From NCBI RefSeq assembly GCF_009914755.1, contig NC_060936.1: a stretch of DNA of 64,000 bases; one strand, given 5' to 3'. This DNA is from the human T2T-CHM13v2.0 reference genome, Homo sapiens. The notes below the pieces were generated by a model. The model made no database searches. It was not told the DNA's origin and was given only the letters and a program-made list of their open reading frames with translations. This document shows positions 1 to 12,099 of this stretch, piece by piece. Numbering within the stretch: the first letter of the stretch is position 1; each line of letters begins with the position of its first letter. Position numbers and translations under genes: made by a program.

Positions 1-724
1 GAGAATGACACAAAGAGCCTTTTACCTACTCATCACAGTCATGATGAACCACACATGATGATAGTGGCAACAGACTGAATGTTTACTCATAAACTACCAC
101 TACCTCTTTCATAGCCACAAAAATTAGTTTCACAGGTTGGAATCCCATGTGTTCGGGGTGGGAGAAAATCAAGTACCAGAAAGCAGAAGCTAGTAAAACA
201 TCAAAGCTGGTGCTGAATTCATCTCTTGGGGCTATCTGAAGAGAAAGTTGCCCAGGATATAACTCTAAAAGCATTGCAGCACAGCCTAGATCCAGTATGC
301 CACACATTGTGACAAGACAGCTCAATTATTCCTGGCTCATACTTGAGGAAGCAAATTATACAATCAAGAAGCTGAAGCTGCAGTTGGAGAAAAATAGCAC
401 CCAGGAGAAGCTGAGCAGCCTCAGCCCAGGCTCATAGCTGATGACAGCTTCATGACGCACACACAGCTCCAACTCCTTCGCCCAGCCCCAGCTCTACACT
501 GTTCCATGCCCTGCCACCCAAACAAGGTTAAACAAGTTAAACATTTCAAGGAAGAAAAAGTCTCCAACAATACTACAACAGAAAAAAAGTATTATGTTAA
601 AACAACAACCAAACAAACTGTTCATCAGGAAGAAACCAGGTTATCCAGAATAGTGTTGTCTTTTAAAACAATGCCAAAATTTGAAATGATTAAACTTTGT
701 ACAAGTTTAAAACTCTGTTCCTAC

Positions 725-897
725 CTTGTAACCACAATGGATTTCCAGCTCTTACTGTCAGCACCTTCAAGCTGTGGACCTCTGCTTTCTGCAAACTGCA
801 ATCTCTTACCAGTCTCTTCTAGTTGAACTGTCATCTTCTCATTTAATATCTCTAAATTATTCTTTGCTATCCGTAATTTCTCTGCAGCATCAGTTTC
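725..897 (-). CDS. CEP290: CEP290 exon 49 (173 nt)
   Basis: ETDAAEKLRIA...SIVVTR; tag|, |gtagga. Confidence 0.97.
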
Positions 898-1273
898 CTA
901 TCATTAAATGCTAATTAGTATTTTATGAGAAAACATAATACTGTTCTCATAGATTCAGTGTATTCAAAATTATCATTACAAATTGGAAAACAAAAATAAC
1001 CTGGGGCTCTAAATGCTGATTAAAATTTCAACAAATTCAACATCTCTCCTTTAAAGCAGCAATATGGCCAATAATAATTAGAACAACAGATCACGAAAAT
1101 GAGGTCAGAGGAATATATTTAGTTACTAGTGATTACTTTAAATTTGACACTTTGTTCCTCTATATTTTTAGAAAAATGGGATAGTTTATACCTTTACACA
1201 TGTAAAAGATTCTTTGTTTTGACTTCCTAATGCTTACGAGACCTAGCTATAAGCATAAGGTATGTGTAAGTAA

Positions 1274-1583
<310 letters not shown>

Positions 1584-1774
1584 TAAATGTATTAACTTTT
1601 ATTATCAATGTTTTTCATGGTGGAATGTGATGACAGCAGGCATAGAAACACAATTCCTCAATCTCTTAATATCTACCTTTACAGACACTCTCATCAAGGA
1701 TCTACTTTCAGTTTTTCCAAGAGGTATTAAGTAAAATAAAAATCAAAAGTTATAATCAGTCATAAAAGTCATAC

Positions 1775-1897
1775 TTTTTTAAGTTCTTTACGAAGCCTTT
1801 CATTTTCAGCAATAATTTTTTCTGTGCCTTTGGTCTTGGATTCATAGTGCATGCTCAACTGATGCCCAAGATGAGCTTTAAGTTTTTCTAATTCAGC
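1775..1897 (-). CDS. CEP290: CEP290 exon 48 (123 nt)
   Basis: AELEKLKAHLG...RKELKK; tag|, |gtatga. Confidence 0.97.
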
Positions 1898-2049
1898 CTA
1901 GTAAAAAAACAAACAAAATAAAAAGTATACATTATCAAAACAAGGAAATAAAAGATAATCTTATAAACTCATAAATCTTCAAAGTAGTTTTAGAAACCAT
2001 ATTTGATATGATTAGAATTAAAGTCTTCATTTGAATATTAGTGAGAACG

Positions 2050-2190
2050 AAGTTCCCAACGTTGGCTACATATTAGAATAAATTGATGACTTAAAATAAC
2101 AACAACATACATATCTGTGTCAGGACCCACCCTAAAATAATTAAATCAATTTCAGGGATGGGAGCTTGGGCATCTGTATTTTCACAAAGA
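2050..2190. mobile_element. MER5-like hAT DNA transposon fragment, interrupted by Alu
   Basis: ttggctacatattagaat...gggcatctgtatttt resembles MER5 consensus (by eye). Confidence 0.45.
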
Positions 2191-2196
2191 GACACA

Positions 2197-2451
2197 GAGG
2201 CCGCAGTGGGCGGATCACGAGGTCAGGAGATCGAGACAGTCCTGGTTAACATGGTGAAACCCCATCTCTACTAAAAATACGAAAAGTTAGCCAGGCGTGG
2301 TGGTGGGCACCTGTAGTCCCAGCTACTGGGGGAGGCTGAGGCAGGAGAATGGCATGAACCCGGGAGGCAGAGCTTGCAGTGAGTCAAGATTGCACCACTG
2401 CATTCCAGCCTGGGTGACAAAGCAGTACTCCATCTCAAAAGAAAAAAAAAA
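2197..2451 (+). mobile_element. 5'-truncated AluY-like
   Basis: gagaatggcatgaacccgggaggcagagcttgcag; TSD agagacacag. Confidence 0.93.
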
Positions 2452-2707
2452 GAGAGACACAGGTAATTAATCTATGCTGTCAGAGAGAAAAGTGAAAAGT
2501 ATTGGTCTTGAAATAACAAGAAAGATCAGGTAGACCTACTCTATAACCCTTAGCCTTGCCTCTCATAAGTTTTTTTCTATATTTATAAAATATGTATTGT
2601 ATTCATTAAAGCCATTTTATATAGTAATGAGCATATTTGAAATTTTCCTAAATAGTAACAAAACGTAAAATATTCCCCTAAAAATGATCACATTAAAAAA
2701 AAATTAC

Positions 2708-2872
2708 CTTCAATTTTTCATTTTCCTGCTCAATATTAGCCATTTTTTCACTAGTCAATATTCCTGATGCTTTTTTCAACTGTTCATTTTCTCTCTGGAC
2801 TTTTTCAACTACTTTTTTCATTAAACCAATGGTTTTTTCCAGTTCTGGGATTGTCTTTCCACTTCTACCAGA
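2708..2872 (-). CDS. CEP290: CEP290 exon 47 (165 nt)
   Basis: SGRSGKTIPEL...ENEKLK; the exon 46/47 junction forms the Walker-A-like GSGRSGKT. Confidence 0.97.
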
Positions 2873-3655
2873 CTACGAAAGAATATGTTAAATCTTTAAT
2901 CAAATATTTTAGTAAGTATAATACGAAGTACCAACAATACAACAGGCTTATTATACTCAATAATTCCTAATATTTGAAGTCAAAACTGTATTAATTCAAT
3001 TCATCCTTAAAACAATTCTATGAGATAGGAATTATAATTTCCATTTTAAATACAAGAAAACCAAGACTTAGGAAATTTGACATTCCTAAAATCATGCAGC
3101 TAATAAGTAACAGCTTAAATAGTCTAGCCTTGATGTCTGATCAAAATGATTAAGTCTAAATAGTCTATTTAGCTAATGTTCTCTCCAGTATATCAGAGTT
3201 TTTCTTTATATGAAATAAAACCACACAAGAGAAATTGTGTCTTTAAAGAGCTCATGAGTAATTAAATTTTAATTGCAACATAATAGAGGCAATTTTCTCT
3301 AAGAAATGCTATTGCTTAGAAATACAGTTTCTGTTTAATATAAATAGAAGAGTTATCTGAAATAAAAAACCTTGCATAAATATATCAGCAGAGATGAGTC
3401 ATCACTTAATAAGTTTAACTGCTTATCATTTAAAATAAAAATAATTTTTAACAGTTTAGCCAAACAGTATGCTTAATTTCTTTTTGCATTTTAGTTAATC
3501 ATCCATGAATAAGAATAATCCTGAAATATAAACTTTTACATCATTTTAGTATGCACTTTCATAATTAACTTAGATAGAAAAGGTCAAATTAACACATATT
3601 TTCATTGATGAAACAAATGTTGCTGCCAGCAAGATACTGTTCTGAATATTTTTCC

Positions 3656-3956
3656 TTTTTTTTTTTTGTTTTAAAAGATGGAGTCTCGCTCTGTCGCCCA
3701 GGCTGGAGTACAGTTGTGTGACCATGGCTCACTGTAACCTCCGCCTGCCAGGTTCAAGCAATTCTCCTGCCTCAACCTCCTGAGTAGCTAGGATTACAGG
3801 CATGAGCCACCATGCCCAGCTAATTTTCATATTTTTAGTAGAGATGGGGTTTCACCATGTCGGCCAGGCTGGTCTTGAACTCCTGACTTCCAGTGATCTG
3901 CCCGCCTCGGCCTCCCAAATTGCTGGGATTACAGGTGTGAGCCACTGCCCCCGGCC
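3656..3956 (-). mobile_element. AluS
   Basis: Full Alu; TSD tgttctgaatattttt both sides. Confidence 0.95.
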
Positions 3957-4569
3957 TGTTCTGAATATTTTTCTAATAACACATAATATTTTCACTGAAT
4001 CCATCATATATTTAATATTACTACCAGAATGACTCTGCATTATGATTGCTTCCATTTATGACACTCAGCAACATGAAATCAACAGGAGCTTAAGTCTTTG
4101 GCCTTGACCTCATAAGCAACATTTATTCATTATATAAAATGAATACAAAATAACATAGGGAGAAAATTACAAGAACACAAAAAAAGAGGGGGAGGAACAA
4201 TGTAATTATAAAACATTATACCAAGCTGGGAAGATATCATAACAAATGGTTACAAAATGGCAGCATTGGACCAAGGACCAGTTAGCAGTTACCTCCATAA
4301 ACAAAAGGATTCCTGGAAGTTAAATGTTTTCAAGGTATGGAGGCATATTCAATAAAAAGAGAGATGAAAGTATGTAAGGTATAACAGATGATAAAATACT
4401 TTGAGACACATAGAAATGCTTACTGTTTTATATTACAGATGCAGAATAAACACTGAAACTACAGGGCACTTGTAGAGGCATATCAGTACTTTTACAACAT
4501 ATCTAAACTTTTCATTTCTGGCTTATCACTGCTGAAACCAAAACAAATGTATGGTAAATTCTCACATAC

Positions 4570-4656
4570 CCCTCTAACATGGCCAAGTTTCCGCTGAACT
4601 TCTGCTTTTTCTTTCTTAAGAAATTCACACATTTCCTTCAAATCTCTGACTTGATT
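4570..4656 (-). CDS. CEP290: CEP290 exon 46 (87 nt)
   Basis: NQVRDLKEMCE...LGHVRG; cag|, |gtatgt. Confidence 0.97.
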
Positions 4657-5126
4657 CTGAAAGATAACAAGCAAACATGTAATAATTTAACATAGCTACA
4701 GCCATTGAAAAGAAAAGGCAAACAATTCATAAGAACCATCAATCTCTTCAACTGTATTGCCAAACCAAATAATAGGGTCTCTATATTAACAAGGAAGATT
4801 TTGAACTAAGACGTTAAATTAATACAAGAATATTGTGTATATGAAATGTCAAGGTATTTCCCACATTATTGCCTGATGCAATAATACAAATTTAGAATTC
4901 TGATTTTAACTGTCCCATATATTGCACATATAGATCCTTACCCAAATATACACAGCAAAAGGCAAATGAACGTCTAACATTGGTTCTATCAATGTAAAAA
5001 CCAGAATAAGAAGCAGTACCAAAAAAAAAAAAAGGAAAAAAAGTGCGAAAAAATGGCAGATTAGTGCCCTGAGTAAATAAATAAATAAAGTGTGAGAAGC
5101 AAGACATAGCTTAACTATATCATTAC

Positions 5127-5153
5127 CAGTGGAATTAACAGATTGCTAACATT
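5127..5153 (-). CDS. CEP290: Candidate 27-nt in-frame microexon (NVSNLLIPL) in intron 45
   Basis: ttttgttttctaatctag|AATGTTAGCAATCTGTTAATTCCACTG|gtaatg; phase 0; no stop. Confidence 0.4.
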
Positions 5154-5419
5154 CTAGATTAGAAAACAAAACTGAAGCAATTAGCTAGCCAAAAGAAAAA
5201 AAAGATTCCCATAAATAGGGTAAGACTTGGAAAACCAAAGATTAAAAAATCATTATTAATATCAGAATAAAGTAAAATTTCTAAAAGAAACAAATTATTC
5301 TTATATTTTACAGTGTGATAATTTTTAATGAAATATACCACGCATCCTCCCACCTTAGGACATCTGAACTTGCTATTTCTGTTGTCTGTAATTATTTTTC
5401 TAGTATCTGTATGACTCAC

Positions 5420-5710
5420 TTCCTTTACCCCTCCTTAGCTCTCTGTTCATATATCATCTTATTAAGGAAGACCTCCCTTACTACTCTATTTTCAGTTACA
5501 CCCCTTCTCTCTCCCCATACTCTTTACACCAATCATGCTTTATTTCTCTCCTTAGCACTAACATCAGATGACATACTATTTAGTGACTTGTTTATTGTCA
5601 GTCTTCTCCACTAGAACGTAAGTCCTATGAGTATAAGGAATTTTTTGACTGCTGTTTCCCAGCATCTGGAGGAGTGTTTAATATAAAGTAGGCCTTCAAC
5701 AAATAAATGC
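5420..5710 (+). mobile_element. L2 3' end
   Basis: ccactagaacgtaagtcctatgag...tagg...aacaaataaatg typical L2a tail. Confidence 0.6.
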
Positions 5711-5857
5711 TAAAGAGCAAATGTATAAAGTATACCATCACCATGATATATTAGGAATATGCATTTTTGACTTCTTAATAAGCTAATAAAAGTAAACATA
5801 ACAACTAAGGAAGGAGTTTTAGGCATTAGATTTCCTAATAAAAAACATTAAATTCAC

Positions 5858-5992
5858 CTTTAATCTTGGCAAATCTTTATTTGCTTGTTCAAGCTGAAAT
5901 TTCAGTTCAATATTTTCAGATGACAACTTCAAGTTTTCCTTCTGAAGCTCCTGTTCTCTCTGACAATGATCATCTGACTCTATTCCTGAAAT
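5858..5992 (-). CDS. CEP290: CEP290 exon 45 (135 nt)
   Basis: ISGIESDDHCQ...DLPRLK; uncommon aag| acceptor, |gtgaat. Confidence 0.95.
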
Positions 5993-6328
5993 CTTCAGGG
6001 AAATGAAATTAGGAATATTTTTAAAGTTTAATAAATAAAAGCCATAAAAGACATACTGGATAAGAAAATACTGTCAAAAGGTAACTTTTTTTCCTCAAAG
6101 GAATATGAGAAAATCGGAGTGTTCTGGTGAAAGCCAAAAATAAATAAGTTAGAATACAAAACTTGCAGAACAAAAGGTAGTATGGTTTGTTTTAATTACA
6201 ATGGAAGCAAAGCAAGTATGACTTAATAATGTCCATACATATAATGCCTTCATGTATAATTTCATAATGGTTAAACTGATCTATGGTGGTTTTACTAGTC
6301 CAAAATAAAGCACGATTGTTATCTAACC

Positions 6329-6758
6329 GTTATGGGTTGAACTGTGTTCCCCTTACCCTCCACATTTATATATTAAAGTCATAATTTCCAGTACCTCAGA
6401 ATGTGACTTTATTTGGAGACTGGGTCTTTACAGAGGTATTCAAGTTAAAATGAGATTTCAGGGTAAACCCTATTCGACTGTGACTGGTATCCTTATGAAA
6501 AGAGAAAATTTGGGGATTTAGACACAGAGACATGTACAGAAGGAAGATGATAAAAAGAAACAGGGAAAACATGGACATTTATAAGCCAAGGAGAGAGGAT
6601 TGGGAAAGATCTTTCCCTCTGATTGTGCAGAGGAAATCAACCCTGCTGATGTCTTGATTTTGGACTTCTAGGTCTCCAGAACTAAGACCATAAATTTCTA
6701 TTGTTTAAGCCACCAAATCTGTAGTAGTCTGTTACAGCCACCTTAGCAAATGAATACA
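6329..6758. mobile_element. MLT1 (MaLR) solo LTR
   Basis: gttatgggttgaactgtg...agtacctcagaatgtgac...gcaaatgaataca. Confidence 0.85.
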
Positions 6759-8169
6759 CTAGGCTACAAAAGAACTGCCATAATTCTTTACTCCTTTGGA
6801 AAGCCCTCCTTCATTCTTTGAGCTAAAGTAATGGTTCCCTCTTTGAAAACCATTAATATTATATTTTCATTTCTTTTGACCTGAATCTACATTGGGTCAT
6901 TATTTATGTTGTTACTTCTCATTCTAAACTTTATTTTTTTTAACTGTGCTTAATTATATTTTTCTATGCATTTTTTCTATAAATTAGAATACCACCTACC
7001 TCATAGGACTGTTATAAGCATCATAGGAAATAATTTTTTTTAATTATTCAGCACAACTTTCATTTTTTTCTCCTTTCTCTCTCTATTGGCTTGATGGGCT
7101 GTAAAGTCAGTTACTCCACCGACATTATGGGTCTTAAAATATATTATTATAAAATACCTATTATACACAACTTTATAACATCTTTTAGATCCAATGACTG
7201 CATGTGTCCATCTGATTTTTGAGGAGATGTGTGTGCACATGCACATATGTCGTAGCAAAAAAAAGAAGACAAACATTTTTGTTGATATATGTAAATCACA
7301 GGAATACATTTCCACTTAATAAGAAAGCCCAAGTATACATTCAAATCTACCACTATTAGGTTAATACTAGGCAAATTCTACCACTACAGTTTATAAGTGA
7401 AGGCACTAGACAGGATAACTTTTAAGGTTATTTCAGATATGGACATCTGTGATTTCCTGTCCCTGAGCTCTTCTATCTCCCAAACTTCCTGTCTTCTGTT
7501 GTACCTATTTGATTCAGCAAATGATAAACACCTATGAATATCACTGATTGGTAGATATAAAATATATTAAATATTAGAGTAGAGGGTAATTCTATCTAAT
7601 GAAGATCTCACATGAGGATATTTTTAACACATTTCTCACTAAAATATGATGCAGTTACTATTAGTGATTATGGCTCATTTTTTCCCTTGCATTTTGAAAT
7701 AATAAAACTAAAGGTATTCGTTGAGATAGTCCAAATTTCTGAAAAACAAATTCTAATGTAACGCTCTCTTGTAAACAGAATTCTTGTATAACGAACTTCA
7801 CGAGACTTCCAAACTCTTACAGAAGAATAATCCGGTTAAAAGCCATCAACTACTTAAAATCAAATTCTTAGTGGATAGGAGTTAGAGATAATGCCTAGTG
7901 GAAGTCTCAAACTCTTATTTATTAGCATGTGAAAAAAAGTGTTATGAATTCAATCACTTTCAGCCATTTTCTCTTAACATAGATATTTAATTTTAGTTGA
8001 TGTTTCCATGACTTAGGTGACTGGAATATCTCAGGTGGACAGTATAAAGAAAAAAACGATAAATGCTATGAACAAACTTTTATTCTGTATCTCAATGTAA
8101 GCTAGCCAAAAGTAGTACGTACATAAAAAGTCCATAAACTGTAGAGTTAGACTGATATTCTGCAAAGTG

Positions 8170-8473
8170 CTTTTTGTTTGTTTGTTTTTGTTTGAGACAG
8201 TCTTGCTCTGTTGCCCAGGCTGGAGTGCAGTGGCACAATCTTAGCTCACTATAACCTCAAACTCCTGGGCTCAAGTGATCTGCCCACCTCTGCCTCCCGA
8301 GTAGCTAGGACTACAGGTGTGCACAATCACACCCAGCTAATTGTTTTTTTTTTTTTTTTTCTGGTAGAGATGGGGTCTCTCAAGGCTGGTCTTTGACTCC
8401 TGGCCTCAAATGCTCCTGCTGCCTTGGCCTCCCAAAGTGCTGGGATTGCAGGCATGAGCCACTTTACCCAGCC
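8170..8473 (-). mobile_element. AluJ
   Basis: Diverged Alu with ctcctgggctcaag. Confidence 0.9.
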
Positions 8474-8511
8474 TATGTGAAAAATATACTTAGGCACAGA
8501 GCCTAACACCA

Positions 8512-8797
8512 TTTATCATTATCATTATTATTATTTTAGAGACAGGTCTCACTCTGTTGCCCAGTCTGGAGTGCAATAGGGCAATGTAACATCAAACTCC
8601 TGGGCTCAAATGATCCTCCCACCACAGCCTCCCTAATAGCTAGGACTACAAATGTGTTCCACCACATCTGTCTAAATTTTTTGTAGAGACAGGGTCTGGC
8701 TATGCTGCCCAAGCTGATCTCAAACTCTTGGCCTCAAGCAATCTTCCTGCCCCTGCCTCCCAAAGTGATTAAATGAGTAAGCCACAGCATCCTGCCT
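8512..8797 (-). mobile_element. AluJ
   Basis: Diverged Alu; TSD gagcctaacac. Confidence 0.9.
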
Positions 8798-9909
8798 GAG
8801 CCTAACACAATATAGACAGCAACACATCCAAGTTTCCTTTTCTCATTATAACAAAATTATCTGTTATAAAACATGGCAAAAAAAGCCACTGAAGGAACTT
8901 AGTATACATCTTAGGACACTGCACAACACTGTAACAAAATTTTACTGATATAATTCGCTGTAGTGAGATCTTACTTCTAAATACAGCTGGATGGATTAGA
9001 AGTTTGTAAGGCAAAACAATCAACTCTAAAGTACCTTATTTTTGCTATTCATTTATCTAATATAACATTAAGTGAACACCAATTGTAAAAAAAAAAAAAG
9101 CACTAAATTAGAAAATGCATATTCACTAATTTTTGTAGGAACTAATCAAAAGTTAGAGCTTAAGATAAAGTTTACTAATAGTTAATGCTTTTTCTAAATC
9201 TTACACACTTTCCCATTTGCACTATATATGTACGTAAGCTACTTACTATAAGAAAATTCAGTTAACAAAGAAATAAAGGACGGCCACGTAGCCAAACCAG
9301 GGACGCGTCCTTTCTTGGCTGGACTGACGCATCAGTTTCATCGCCTGCCTGTGCATCACCCTCAGCTCACTAAGCCACGGCATCAGCAACTGTCACATAA
9401 TCACAGTCCTCCATAGCAGATTCTACGGATCTATGTAGTTGTTGTGACTCACATTTTCAGCTATGTGTCTCTTTCCTTTCTCACTCTTGCCTATCTTATT
9501 CTCTTCCTCATTTTTATCTTTATCATTTTGACAACATTCTTGATTAATTTTACCAACCTTAGGATCATGGTTCATTTTCAAAAAGGGAGTTAAAATCTGC
9601 CAACTTACCATTTGTTGACGTAAATTGACTTTATTTATTGTTTGGTCTTGACTCTGATTTATTTAACTCAATAGGATCTAAAATGTGTTCTAATTTGTAT
9701 TTTTCATCATTACTGTAATACCATAGAATATTTCTAGGTACCCAATTATGTAAGTCATCTTTGGCACCTAGTCTTTTACCATTTTTAATTCTGACTGTTG
9801 CCATGATCTTTTTTGGTTCTGAACAAAGTGTTTCTTTTGTGAAAAATATCATGCCCTTGTATTTATTAATAATGGTAACAAGGATAGAAAACATAGTTGT
9901 GTCACACAC

Positions 9910-9918
9910 CTGATTCTG
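9910..9918 (-). CDS. CEP290: Candidate 9-nt in-frame microexon (QNQ) in intron 44
   Basis: ~50-nt pyrimidine tract...ccaccttaag|CAGAATCAG|gtgtgt; phase 0. Confidence 0.65.
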
Positions 9919-10393
9919 CTTAAGGTGGAAGAATGAAGAAACATGGAAAGAAAAAAGAAACAAAAATAATACACTAAATATTTAAAAAATCCAACAAATA
10001 ATTTTACATTAATGATTAATGAGTTTTTATAAGCTAAAAATATAGCATAAATATTTGAATGAAAACAGTCTTGGAACATGTTTTCCTATTTTATTTAACT
10101 GTATACTGCTGCTACAGCAAAATACATAATGATAACTACATATTTAAAATTTCTAGAAATCATTTATGAGCTTTATGAAAAGCTTAAGAATCTTAAGTTT
10201 ACTGTTATTATGTTAAAAAGGATTAAATAAATTATTACACATCACTACCTGTTAAAAATAAAAGTTGAATTTACTGTATTACTATTAATGAGAAAGATGT
10301 AATGCTTTTGGCCAGATTAAGAAAGAAGTTGATTTCACTTTCATGCATTTTAACATGGAAAAAAGAAAAAAATAATAAAAGATATACACTTAC

Positions 10394-10517
10394 TGAAGGC
10401 TTAGAATATGTATCCTTTGAAAACTGTTTTTCTAAAGCATGAAGTTTTTCTTGGAGGTATCTATTTTGTAAATGTAAATCTTCTACAACAGAATCTCGAG
10501 GAAGAGCTTGGTGGGCC
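10394..10517 (-). CDS. CEP290: CEP290 exon 44 (124 nt)
   Basis: AHQALPRDSVV...TYSKPS; tag|, |gtaagt. Confidence 0.97.
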
Positions 10518-12099
10518 CTATGAACAACAATCACAGACTCTTTACTATTCACATTTCATCTTTTTTCTGTTGTACTATATAAAAATACAAGATAAAAAAA
10601 GAAAAGTTCAGTGTGTTTATTAACACTATATTTTAAATTCTTCAAACCTTCTAAACTTTATAACAAATAAATTAGGATATCAAAATTAGTATTATAAAAT
10701 AATCCTCTACAGAGCATTCACTGAAGGCCTCCTTTAAATGATGAGTCAAAAAGTATATTTTGATTTACTGAAATACATTAACATTTTTAAAGAACATGCA
10801 TCCATTTATATGGAATTACATAAGACAGTTAAACTAAAATACTTACTATTTTAAAACATTATATAATAACTGCATAATATCCATGGTCTTCTCAAGAAGC
10901 TCAAGGATCTAAAAAGACTCTTAATGATTTCAGATAATAATTTAACACTTCAAGTCTAAAAACATCCACTTGACCTACAAGACCCTCCATGGTTTGCCAC
11001 CTCCACATCTATCCAACCTTATTGTCCAGGGTCTACCTTTACTTAGGTAAATACAAATCCACTCTTACCCATACATGAAACATTTACTCTTGCCTCTTAT
11101 CTCTGCTAGGGTTCTCCTCTTTGATATGCCCCTCCTCTTTAATATCTAGATGATTCATAAAATTTAGAAATTCAAACTAGAGTTCAGAGAGAAGACAAAT
11201 TCAATCTTTTCTATAAAGTATTCCAATTACTTCAGCCCGCATGAACTCACATTATTAGAGAAAAAAAAAATGGCCTCTAAAAGTAATAGCAGGTTTCAAA
11301 ACTAAAAGTTGATCCTTGTAAAACCTGCAAAGAAGAATAAAAGTGTTTTGTTTTGAACATATGTTTAGACAAAGAAAAACATGGAGGGGAAATATCCACT
11401 GCTGGAACAAGAGAGTAACTATAAACAGATGTCAAGAGAAAGAAAAATTCCTCAATAATTTGTGTTTTCCCTATCAAGGAAACTTCTAAAAGATTTTTAA
11501 GAAATGGTAACTTAGAAGGAAAAGGAAGGAATGTGGATTAGAAGCCCATGAGAGTGTTCGTTTAAATAAGTTCAACTTCGTATGTTCACATCACATTCAT
11601 AATGACACAATAGTAAACAGACATTAACACAGACTAATGAATGGTAATTTTTGAAGATAAATAGAAAATGTGTATTTACAAAGGGTAAATACTGTCATAT
11701 CCAAATGTTGCAGGTAGATATTAGCCCTTTACAAAGATCAGTAATATGATCACAGATCATTTGTAAATGCAAAGAAGAAGAAATAGCAAATCACGTAAAA
11801 CCAACTGAAGTTTACCTTGGAAGAAATGAGCGAAACAGAAGATTAAATAGTTTTAGCTGTTGTCAGAATAAAATTAAAAAGTTTTAAATGTTAACACATG
11901 ATTTTATTTTGCTTTTCACGACCATGACTGTATCAGAAGATATAACTTGGAAAGAGATTGTAAAGCACACACACACAAAAATCTCAAAGGCTCTGCTAAG
12001 AAATGACATGGGGTGATGCAGGGCAAGGGCATCTGGTTCCAGGTACAATGGAGTAAATACATTCAATCTTCTCTCTCCTAAATGCATGGAGCAACCATT

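Noticed and set aside
452-826. 124-aa + strand ORF
   Set aside because: Antisense overlap of exon 49 plus low-complexity intron; no recognisable protein.
2852-4572. GSGRSGKT Walker-A-like motif as evidence of an NTPase domain
   Set aside because: Embedded in coiled coil with no preceding beta-strand or Walker B.
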